From NCBI RefSeq assembly GCF_031769215.1, contig NW_026782300.1, forward strand, positions 372,001 to 436,000: 64,000 bases of DNA, read 5' to 3'. Source of the stretch: Ylistrum balloti. Taxonomy: Eukaryota. The position numbers were made by a program, and so were the translations under genes. This document shows positions 48,789 through 60,420 of the stretch, in pieces; within the stretch, counting starts at the first letter, position 1, and the number at the start of each line of letters is the position of its first letter. Below the pieces are notes generated by a model. It was not told where the DNA came from. It saw nothing but the letters and a program-made list of their open reading frames with translations, and ran no database searches.

Positions 48789-50550
48789 ATGATTGTCTAA
48801 ATCTCATAAGCCTAGGAGGTGATTGAGGTAAATCCTAAGGGATCAATATTTTTTCAAATTTTCATATATCTAATAGGTTTAGAACAACATCATGTGCATG
48901 TGCATAGTCGATACCATGCCAATGAACTAACACATTGCAGGTAGGTTACGGCAAACCTCGAGGACTAAAATTTCACCAGTTCACCTGTTCACCAGCAATG
49001 ACTACCTGAAAGGGAGACAGAGTGATTCTATAGAATTTAAGAAGAAAACCTAAAACCTAAACACACGAACAATGATTGTACCAAGACAAGTGAACAGCAG
49101 TTTTCTGTACAACTCTAAAAATTAGATACAGTAAAGCTATATAATGAATTCAACATACTGTTATTTCATCATTCTAGGAGTCGTCAGTAATCTAAGGGAA
49201 TAAAATGTTGTAACCACGGAAACGACTGTGGGAAATCGAAATTGACAGAAGAAATAAAAAAAGAAACGAATTTCAATAAATTTCACAATCTTAAATATTT
49301 AATTGTTTTAAAAGTATGTTAAATACTCGTGTATATTCTGAACCGTGGGTCTGATAAAATATATTAAAGTGACATACAGTATACGACAAACCTTGGCGAC
49401 AAAAGCCCATCAGCAGAGTCTACCACCTGCAATCTCGAAAACTGTAGAAAATGCATACACATGAAACTGAATATTAAACGTATTGCTATATTAAAAATAC
49501 AACGTAGTTGCTATTTAAGAAAATCTCATCTTAATTAAAAGCATGCATATCCTTACCATTGCATCTACATCAAAGGTAAAGGAACAGTTTGATTATTATG
49601 CAAAGATTCCGCTGATGTACATGCTAGTTGAACGAATGTGTATATGAATACAAAGCTTTTGATTCCGGAGTACATCATGCCATAGATCCGCAGTTCTTTG
49701 TCACATCTATAGTTTTGAAGGTTACGACCGATCTTTTATTATCTTCTAAAAGTCCTCTCTGATAGCTGTGGGTTGATGTTTGTTGCTGTTTCATGAAGGA
49801 TTATAACCTCTTGTTTCTTTTATGTTCTGTTTTGGTCTTTGCTACTTTTTCTCGTGTAAAGTTGTGAGTTTTGCATCCACCCGCCACTAGTTCACTTTGT
49901 GTACACAGAGAGCAGTCTCTTAGTCACTATGTCAATGCTGTCAGTTCTTTCTCTAGACCATCGAAGTCTTATGCAGCTGTTCAATAGTCCTAATTATTTC
50001 GTTGGCCAGCGTCTCATTTTGGTGACTTACTTGTTTACAAAGCAGGAAGAAAACTTCCATTAATCAATGCCTTGTGAAGATCGCTATCTATATTACGAGG
50101 TCCTTTTAACACCCGACACTCGTTTTGTGGCCACCCGTAACAGACATGACTGCCAAAATCAATAACACAGACTATTGTCCAGCAGGGAAAGTTCTCGTCC
50201 GAAAAAGTTAATAGAAATACGACACATTTTCTCATAATTGATTTCTCCGCTATGTCTTGGATTAGTTTCCAAATTGGCAGTATAAACACTATACATACAT
50301 TTATTACTTTAATTCTATTGAAACGATTCCAAGTGGAATTTTTGTCAACCTCTTTCTTCTTTATTTCTTGTCGCCTTTTGTTATGAATTTTTACCAACAT
50401 TTAACATATGCTGTTCAGTTTGTTATTTGAACACTTGAAATGGTTTTATTGTCACTAAGAATGTGATGTCATCTTCCATGAACCTGTGATACATCTTTGT
50501 CAACATATTACCTGAGGTATCATATAACCGTTACACTTCACGATCTGTAT

Positions 50551-50685
50551 AAATTCGTCTTTGACCTCACGAGAACTGTATGAATTCGTCTTTGACATAG
50601 CCAGGGATGCAAGTTTGTCGGCGACCTCGCAAGGAATGCAGTTTTGTCTTTGATCTCGCAAGGAATATGAATTTGTCTTTTATCT
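50551..50685. repeat. Degenerate 28-31-bp tandem repeat, about 4.5 units
   Basis: Units of the form AATT(C/T)GTCTTTGA(C/T)CTC(G/A)C(A/G)AG. Confidence 0.65.
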
Positions 50686-52183
50686 GAGCCTTACTTATTT
50701 AGTCAATGCAAAGTTGTTTAAATGATGAAATGCGTTGGCTTTTTTCCTTCAGGAATTCTGACTTTACCTAAGACCAACATTTCTAGTTAAGATTACTCCT
50801 GCCAAAGTAAGTTTTAAACTTTACATTTGCTGAAGTTAATTAGAGATCCAATCGCAAAATGGTCTGTTAATTGCCCTAAGAGAACAAAATTAAACCCCAG
50901 AAATATTGACCTTAGTGTTGTAATATGATTCGAAACCTTCATGAAGCGCTTGATTCATTTCAGGGACATACAGGCAGAAGACCTGTCGAACAGCTGGGGA
51001 TATGGCTAGCGGCACGCTAATTTGCAGTGCTTATCAGCTGTTATGTAGACTAGGATAAATATTGAAACGTTAACCGAGTCACTCGATTAAATCCGCGATT
51101 GTCTGTTGATTTTCAATCAGTTTGGAAGACTAGACAGTCATTAATGAGATTTGTCTGAAACCAAACTTCTCTAGACAGCTGTTTCTGGTATCTGATTGGT
51201 ACTTGTATCAATATCTAGTACACACACCAAATCCACAATGACGGGGTAGCGTTTTAAATTTAAGCTCCCGAATCAAAGGTCCAAGATAGATAATTTTTCA
51301 TTTTACTAGAACTTTTTCATCCTCAACAGCAACTCTTGATATGTCATCCATAATATAACCTTGTTTAGACAATTAAAACTGATAATCTGCCGTTTACTTT
51401 TGATGTGAAGTTTTGAATATTGTCATTTATTGACAAACGGGTTTAGTATTGAAGAGACTAAGCAAAGCATCTACTGGAGTTCAGACCAAGAAAATTAATT
51501 TCTGTATCTACCGCAATATGTATGAAACAATCGGCCATACACAAGCTAAGGTTATATGCCACCTGTGACGAATGTTATTGTTTCATAAATTTCATAAGTC
51601 GATCCACATTTGAAGGACAATGAACATGATTTGAATCACTTTTGACAAAAATCATTCTTTAAAACGACAAATATTTGGAAATTTGGTCAGAAATACAACT
51701 AGAACATTCGGCGCAGATATTATAATAACGTCTTTACAGAAAATTTCTTCATTACATTTTCCTTGAAATCCCTATTTAGAATACATATTCTATCGAACAA
51801 TTGAACAAGATATGATCAAAATATATGTGAAAATAATATCACAGATAATTATGTATAATGGAGATTTTACGTCGTTTGCCGGAAATTAAGTATTTTGTCT
51901 CAAAGCTACAGGTAAAAACACCGGTATATAATTAATGTTAGTTGTCTGTTATTCAAAGGTAAAGTAAGAGATTAATAATCAGTCAACAGAAGAAGGCTGT
52001 GTAAGACACATTAATTTTGTAACATTATACATACATGCTGAAGGAAGCTGAATGATAACTATTCAATAACGAGATTGTTTTTTCTATAGCATAACTAATG
52101 TTACGTCCAACTATTTATCATCTGATGACGCTGTGTGCTTGCAGAAGCGGTCGACAGATTCGTAATAAAATCGTTTCATTTGT

Positions 52184-53035
52184 TTATTGATTAGTTTCAC
52201 TGTTTATTGATTGTTTTCAACTGTTTATTGATTATATCTGTTTATCGATTGGTTTCATCTGTTTATTGATTGGTTTCATCGGTTTATTGATTGGTGTCAT
52301 CTGTTTATTGATTGGTTTCATCGGTTTATTGATTGGTGTCATCTGTTTATTGATTGGTTTCATCTGTTTATTGTTTAGATTTATCTATTTATTGATTGGT
52401 TTCATCTGTTTATTAATTGGTTTCATCTGTTTATTGATTGGTGTCATCTGTTTATTGATTGGTTTCATCTGTTTATTGATTGGTGTCATCTGTTTATTGA
52501 TTGGTTTCATCTGTTTATTGTTTAGATTTATCTATTTATTGATTGGTTTCATCTGTTTATTAATTGGTTTCATCTGTTTATTGTTTAGATTTATCTATTT
52601 ATTGATTGGTTTCATCTGTTTATTGATTGGTTTCATTTGTTTATTGATTGGTTTCATCTGTTTATTGATTGGTTTCATCTGTTTGTTGATTGGTTTCATC
52701 TATTTATTGATTGGTGTCATCTGTTTATTGATTGGTTTCATCTGTTTATTGTTTAGATTTATCTATTTATTGATTGGTTTCATCTGTTTATTAATTGGTT
52801 TCATCTGTTTATTGTTTAGATTTATCTATTTATTGATTGGTTTCATCTGTTTATTGATTGGTTTCATCTGTTTATTGATTGGTTTCATCTGTTTATTGAT
52901 TGGTTTCATTTCTTTATTGATTAGATTTATCTATTTATTGACGTTATTTGTTTATTGATTAGCTTCAGCTGCTTATTGATTCGAATGATTTGTTGATTGA
53001 TTGGTTTCATCTGTATATAGATTGGTTTCGTATGT
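52184..53035. repeat. 21-bp minisatellite, about 40 copies, with higher-order variants
   Basis: Unit ATTGATTGGTTTCATCTGTTT; variant ATTGTTTAGATTTATCTATTT at 52370, 52517, 52580, 52748 and 52811. Confidence 0.97.
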
Positions 53036-54689
53036 TTATCTAAAGGTTGGTAAGCAAATAAGCAAGTATCATGCAATCTATATTAGGTATATGCTCAATT
53101 TTTACAGTAAATCACAAAACATCTCTCATTATCTCTTTATAATTCCAATGTATCCCCTCAAGAGCATGGAATGAAAGAAATCACTTTTTCAGCTCATATT
53201 TCCTACTTTTATTACAACAGTTACTGTCACTTCAATAACCTCATTACCACACTGTATTACATCTACATCATCGTATCACAATTTGTGTACGTATTTAATG
53301 AGCCCGAGTAATACTGTAACAACAATTATCTCATTTCCATCACACTGTATACCATACATCAGCTGTTATATCGACCAACCCCCTACTAAGCTGTATGAAA
53401 ATTGGCCCGTTATAGCAAGGTCTCAACATTCTACCAAACAGTATGAAACATGACGACTGAAATTTCTCGATTATTTACTTTCTTTCCACTAGTAATAACC
53501 ACCTGAATTTTATACGTAGCTCTTTTCAAAAGTGTTCTAGCAAGAAGTGTGTTCTAGTTAAATAAATGGCGTACACTGGATGTTACACCTGAGTTACTTA
53601 ACATAATCATTTTATCAAATTATGTTAATCTTGATGACTTGCTTTCTAATTAAGAAGATTTTTCCTACTTTGAATTAGTATTCGAATATATATCACCTAT
53701 CTTGTCTTCAACACTACCTATGTTCAGTTACCAGATTTATCAGAGATATGCTTTACGTTTGCATACTTGTTCGTTACAAACATCCCACAGATGGATTTGT
53801 ATTTTACATTTGCCACTCATGGTGAAGAAGTGATTGTCACTTACATCGGTAGTCACCCATATATCTTTAAAAGGATGTTTTGTGAAAACGTATCTAAAGA
53901 GGATGTTTAAAGTGATATCTGCATTCATTTCATATAAGAGTATGAAAAAAATTAAGAAAGACAGAACAGAAAAAGAATTGTTCGTCATTTTTCTATGGGA
54001 CTAATTTTGTTTTCCATGTCATTTTACCATCGGATCTAGTTCACAGAAATTGTTGGTTATACTCTTGTATATTAAAGTAACTGTGAATAGGATCGTGAAA
54101 GAAAATACATATCATTTTTAAGTACCATCTTCACTGTGTTTTAACAAAACTGCCTTGCCCCATGTGGGTCGTTATTGGTATGGAGTGACATGTTTTGTCA
54201 ATACCGAGAGTGGCCTCCGAGAGTCGACCAATTGACAGCTCTATTGACATTGAACATTAATGCCAACATATCAAGTATTATATGTTTGCCCATACTGAAG
54301 AGAATCAAAAATAACAATTTGATTTTAATGTCAGAATATGTCCACCCACACCCTGGGTGAGCTAGAGATATATCGATGTGTAAATCTGTGACAACATGAG
54401 AAATTGATCCCAACTTCAACAAGGAGATGTTAAAATCGGCAGGAGGAGAAATTTAATGGCATTCTGGTATTTCAAAATTCACCAGAATTAATATTGGTAA
54501 TAGCGCAAGTAATCATGATTGAAAATATCAGTTAGAAAAATCTTGAATATTGTTTTCTTAGTTTCCCAAACAGTGGAGAAGACACAAACGCTTTCACTTA
54601 TTATATACTTATATATATAAATATTCTGATAAAGGAATACGAAGGTTTTCCTGTCTCTGTTAATATACTTATAAAATCTACCTGTGGAC

Positions 54690-55385
54690 AACAATAGTAT
54701 TATCCGCAAAGTTGTACTATACGGAAAACAATAGAGGTTTCTTAACAGAAAATTGGAGTTAATTAAAAACAAAAAATCTCTATCAAACCTTTGCCGAAAC
54801 AACTCACTACCATTGTTAGCACTATCAAATCTAGGTTATAGTCTTATTGCGATACTGTTCAAGAAGTGGAATTACTAGTATGTGAATTTCAGAGAACTCA
54901 AAAGAGCTTTCGAAAAATCTTCAACGCTCTCCTCTTCAAAAAATTGTTTTATAAGAACATTTGATTTTTTCACTCTGTACACCATTCTTAGGTCCAAATC
55001 AAAGAGGAAATATACAGAGAATGAAATCATGAAAATGATAGCATTTCTGGTTGACAACATCTTTGTCGAGTTTGGTGAAAGATCTTCAAATAGACTATTG
55101 ACATATCTATGAAAGCTGTATTCCTCTGTTGGCTGACTTGATTTTAAGACTGAATGATCTAAGAGCTTATAAAACAGGTCACACAAACCTGGATCGTTTA
55201 ATTTCACTTTCAGATATATTGTCTTTAAATAACAAAAACAGTATTGACCACGTGCATATTGAGCGTGTAAAAACTAAGAACGGAAATACAAGACAAATAA
55301 AATGTATCGAACGCTGTATGTGTGCAACTATGTCACAGTCTATTCTCAAGCACTCTGTTTCATGTGTTCTTATCAAAGACTAAGA
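54690..55385 (+). mobile_element. Penelope-like element reverse-transcriptase relic
   Basis: Degenerate motifs in the expected order: SYCDT..SRSG..M*ISENSKEL, IRTFDFFTLYT, KYTENEIMKMIAFLVDNIFVEFG, SCIPLLADL, SFNFTFRYI(-DD). Many stops and frameshifts. Confidence 0.8.
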
Positions 55386-55532
55386 TGAACATACCGGCTA
55401 TACCAGGACACTGGTAGTAAGTAAACTGATAGCAGATTGTATAACAGACATAAACGAATAATACATTTTAATACAAATTTAGAGTTAGTTGTAGTACAAC
55501 AAAAATAAATAAATAAATAAATAAATAAACTA

Positions 55533-55574
55533 CATCATGCAACTGCTTAGTCCTTCTAGGATTCGTCAATGAGG
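55533..55574 (-). ncRNA. Hammerhead ribozyme relic, copy B (strongly decayed)
   Basis: The minus strand reads CCTCA-TTGACGA-ATCC-TAGAA-GGAC-TAAG-C-AGTT-G-CA-TGATG; same 42-nt length and flanks as copy A. Confidence 0.55.
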
Positions 55575-56205
55575 CTAAGGACATGTCATGTAAGCCTAAG
55601 GGTGACTGAGGAAAACCAAAATTGTTCAAATGAAATGTCAAAACCAAGATGAGGAGAGGCACTAGTCCCACAATTCAATAATATTCCTACTTTTCCTATA
55701 TCTGAAAATATCAAAGTGTATGTGCATATTCTAAAGTGTGCTACTATTCGGATGAATTAAAACGTAGCATGCACATTACTGCAAACCGCGGGGACTAAAA
55801 GTCGGCCAGCAGTGACCAATTTTAACATTACTGCCTCGACCAGACATATGTAGGCGGTTAGTAATTGGCCGAAGATTATTGATATGAGTATCTCAACAGA
55901 GAGCACCTAGGATTTACCTAAGCTAATATACTACTGTAATGACATGGAGTGGTAAGTATCCTAATCAGTGCAAGTTATTGGCATACATCAGTATCGCTAC
56001 TTATATAAACATAGGTCATTAACAATAATTCATATCATTATCACTATAAACGGAGACCCCTCGCACTACCCCTCTTTAAATCGCATTCATGTCCGCAAGC
56101 AGAAGTACATCATACCTCATTTGAATGTTCAGAGGACACACAAGAGAATATCCCATTTCTATACAAATTTAGAATTAGATGTAGTAAAGTCGTATAATTT
56201 TACTG

Positions 56206-56242
56206 CATCATACAGCTGTTCCGTCCTGTTTCGTCAGGGATG
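56206..56242 (-). ncRNA. Hammerhead ribozyme relic, copy C
   Basis: The minus strand reads CATCC-CTGACGA-AACAGGAC-GGAA-C-AGCT-G-TA-TGATG. CUGANGA is intact, stem II has a deletion, and A13 is changed to G. Confidence 0.65.
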
Positions 56243-58130
56243 TTAATGGAATATAGTGTTGAAATCAATGAGGTGACTGAGGAAATTAAGATTGGTCGGA
56301 AAATTAGAAAAATACAGATTTGATGGCGCACTACCCCCATGATCGCACAAAAACATATAATCCACTTCGATCTTTATTTTTATTCTTCTCTCTGAGATAT
56401 AAACCCTTCTTACTCATCTAAGATATTACCGGACGTTTAATTGACCAATACTATTGTAATTTGTGTGACTGCAAAATCATGAACTGTCTGTGTAAAATTT
56501 CAATATAATGTAGGACGATGATTTAATTCAACGACCCCACTATCCCAGGCACGTTATTAACATTACAAATATTTTCGTGGTTTTGTCATTACGGAAATAA
56601 CATGACATATATTTATTTTACGATCTTATTCTCATGAATTATTTAAAGGAACCTACATCACAATCAATTCGGCTTTTCACAAATGACCCAATTACATGTA
56701 ATGTATACACTTTTGTCAATTTAAAATTAGACTCTGTATATCAAGTATTGAGTTTACTGAAATCAGTAAATATCACAATACATATGAACTTCGAAAAAAT
56801 CTATGAAACATATACGTTTCAATCGATCTTCAAGTTGCACGTGTTATCTAGATAATCTTACATTATGAAACAATAAAGAATATTTTCACATTATCTAAAG
56901 GCATTTTGTCTTCGTATAGTCACATACAAATTTGAATATGCCAGGAATTCATGACAATATTTTTTTTGATATGCCTCCTATGAGAAATATTAACCTTTGT
57001 CTGTCATATAAATATTTGTCAAGCTCTTTTTAGAAGTATATCTAAATTTGCTGTACGTACCCCTATTTATTTACAATACCTTAGGTTTTCTTAGCGAGAA
57101 TTCATTGACAATTTAAATTTAACGGACGTGTCTCCTCATGAATCAACAAAACAATTTATTACCTGTGGAAATAGATTATTTTTATAGTTTTCTGCTTGCC
57201 TTGTACTTGATAAGATCCTTGAAACCAGCTGACCATGCTAATTGTGTGGTCAGGAATTAGGACATTGTCACACATAACCACACATTACTGATCATTATCT
57301 TAAAGAAGACATTTATCAAAATCACAAAGTAAACAAACCTTAGACATTTAATGTTCTGTATTTCTTATATAATGCTAAAATAACAAAAATACTCTCACTA
57401 GATGGGACGTTAAACCACAAACTGCTGTCCAATATCGAGTACAACGTTATGTACAAATACATTTCTGTCGCATTGACATTAGCAGTGAATGAGTAAGGTA
57501 TATACCGTTTAAAAGCGAATATGAATGGACCAAACACAATACACCAAACAGGTATCGATAAACAGGTATATCAACACATCAATAATAAATCAAATATTGT
57601 TTACGGTTTCTCTCGACGTTCTGCAGGATTAACGCACACCATTTACGTGAAAGTGATACGATCTCTGGTTTCGTTTGATGCTTGTGAAATCTGAGGTGAA
57701 TGGTGCTATAACGAGCAACAGTTAGTGGTTGTATTTGGCCAAGACCATCGATAAATTGTGTAACCTTTAACGTAATAGGTCGGAAGCCATGCTTTAACAT
57801 CTTACCACTTACACCTCACGAGACGCTGAGTCAGACTAATCACATTGCGTCACGTCATAGCACAGAGATAACAAGGTCATATGTGCAAGTGTAAGTCATG
57901 TACTGTGTCCTGTTAAGCTCCGAAAACATTCTAGCATTTGCACATGAAGTAGCTTACTATTAAATTGATATGATGAGATCATTTGTCTCATTAATCCCTA
58001 AGACCTTGCTATGGGGTAACAATTAAATCGGAAACACAAAACAGTTCTGCTCTGTACAAACTCAACATAAGTAAACTACTAGAGAAACTGCAAATATTGC
58101 ACAGATAAGGATCATGAATCCTGGCATAAC

Positions 58131-58435
58131 CCGCCCACATTCATATTTGGAAACGTTTCGAGATTGGATACGCAGGTCTACCACACTACACACAAGTTTG
58201 GTATATTTTGAGATTTGATACCCAGGTCAACCACACTACACACAAATTTGGTACATTTTGAGATTTGATACCCAGGTTAACCACACTACACACAAATTTG
58301 GTACATTTTGAGATTTGATACCCAGGTTAACCACACTACACACAAATTTGGTACATTTTGAGATTTGGTACCCATTCATATCCCACCGCACAAGGTGACA
58401 TATCCCACCACACAAGGTGACATATCCCACCACAC
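58131..58435. repeat. 50-bp tandem repeat (4 conserved + 1 diverged unit) followed by a short ~21-bp duplication
   Basis: CCACACTACACACAA at 58181, 58231, 58281 and 58331; CACAAGGTGACATATCCCAC twice after 58385. Confidence 0.93.
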
Positions 58436-58679
58436 ACATCTTTCTTATACATATACCTTATCACACACAACTTTGTTATATGTATACATCATACATATAT
58501 TTATTGAGATTTATAAGTATAAACAAGTTTACATTGAGATTTAATGTCTGGAAAGGAAACAAATTGAATGAAACCTTTGAAAAAGTATATTTTAAAAGAA
58601 GAGAGTGCTTCACCAAAATACAAATGACAAAATGGACAGTGTTCTAATTTTTGACCGCGGTTGGTCTACGAAGATGTAA

Positions 58680-60420
58680 AGTGCCTACTCCCCGATTTGT
58701 ATACGAGATAGAGGACCTTGATGCCGCTTTTGTGACTGCTATCATAGCCGCCCACACTACCGTGTATTCTCAAGGACTTACCACCGTCGCAAAAGTCGAA
58801 AAGTAAGCGACACGTCATCTCGGCTGCTAGTACAAGTGAGGAGTGGTTATTATTTGAATGACGCTGGACATGTGGACGTTATAAAAGTGACCAACACGCC
58901 TGAAGCAGTGGTTCTTATTGCTATAAAGAAACTAGCCGTTCGTGAAGAAAACATAAAATAAACTGCTTTCCACTACAGTGGATGACTCTGTAGGAGCAGT
59001 GTTCGACCTACTATGAACGGTCATTTAATTTTTTCAGGAAAAATCGATAGCCATCGATCATCACCTAAATAACGACCTCACGGACGAATGGGATAGGAAG
59101 AGGTCGAAGCCGCAGCCAACAGCTCGCATTCTTTCTGAGGACTACAGAACTCTTGACTTCGCAATCAACGCCAAAACCAAAAGTTCATGGCCGACACAAG
59201 ATGTCAGAGTTGTCTCTGAAAGTAAAGTCATTCATCGTCTGGGATGAAAGCAATCTAGCCTCATTTCCTTAACAATGAAAATGCATACTGCCGAAGATAA
59301 GAGCATCAGAATCCTTGGAACTAGTGGGAATGTTATGGAGACCAGACAAATGACTTACATCACAGACAACTCTGACAGAACTGGAGAACATGTCGCACAC
59401 TAATGTTTTACTTCTATGATCTCCAGAGCTGAAGCATCTGTCTTCTGGCTTGGAATCACACCTAACATCAAAGCAACGCGGACTGGATGTAAGACGTGTA
59501 GCCGCAACATACCTTCCTATCCTAGTGCACCAACGACACTAACCCAGATTACCCCTTCCAGTATATCTGCGCAGATGTTTTCATTTATACGGAGGCAACA
59601 TACCTAGCAATCATATATTAATATCAAAATTGGCCGATATTTGAAAAAAAACTATTGGGGGAGAAAAAAGGAGTCATTACTTGTCTGAGATGAGCATTTG
59701 TCACCTTTAGAATCCCCGAATAACTTGCCTCAGGCAGGTACCCCGAGTTCACCTCCGAAGCAACTAGACAATTCCTCGTGAACTGGAACGTACATCACCG
59801 TTTGTCATCTGTAGCTTCCCTCCACAGCAACTGCCGAGCTGAAATTGGGTGCTAAAACCATTAAACGTTTTGTCATTGACTATACCGGGCCAAGTGGCGA
59901 CCTTAATACAGATGTCTTTCAGCGTGCGATGCTCCAGTACCGTAACATGCCGGAAAGGGACACGAACAAGTCCCCTGCAATGCGTATATCTGGACATCGA
60001 TTCGTGACTTCATATCCATCTTGCCAGGCGAATAAAAGTCTCATAACACCTGGGTTGAAGTCTTATCTGCTAAGGAAGTGGCACTTCGGAACCGACACAT
60101 GAAAATGCAGACCTCTGGTCGGAACACACAAGGAGATTACCAGTGCTAGTCGTTGGCGATCATGTGCGGATACAGAATCAGATGGGACCACATCCACCTC
60201 AGTGGAATACGATTGGTATCATTATGGAAGTATGTTGTTAAGGTTGATGGATCTGGAAGAGTAATGTTGCGAAATAATGAATTTCTTAGGCAACGCGTTC
60301 CACTTCAAATGCAGTCTCAACGCAGAACGATAATATAGTGTTCCATCAGAAACGTGTTCCTCAGGGCACGTGTATCAACCCCCAACACAAACCAATCCCC
60401 TCGCTAAAGCAAAAATACCA
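58680..60420 (+). mobile_element. Ty3/Gypsy LTR-retrotransposon relic (gag, protease, integrase; RT/RNase H missing)
   Basis: gag-like AIKKLAVREEN (58920-58955); protease MADTRCQSCL (59187-59216) and ETRQMTYITD; integrase [40 protein letters not shown]; C-terminal VGDHVRIQNQ..VKVDGSGRV.LRN. No LTRs were recognised. Confidence 0.85.

Noticed and set aside
50035-50400. 121-aa minus-strand ORF
   Set aside because: No motif recognised, and neighbouring frames are full of stops. It may be an unclassifiable relic.
52266-52958. 230-aa ORF as a real membrane-protein gene
   Set aside because: It is fully explained by a 21-bp satellite; there is no non-repetitive domain or splice context.
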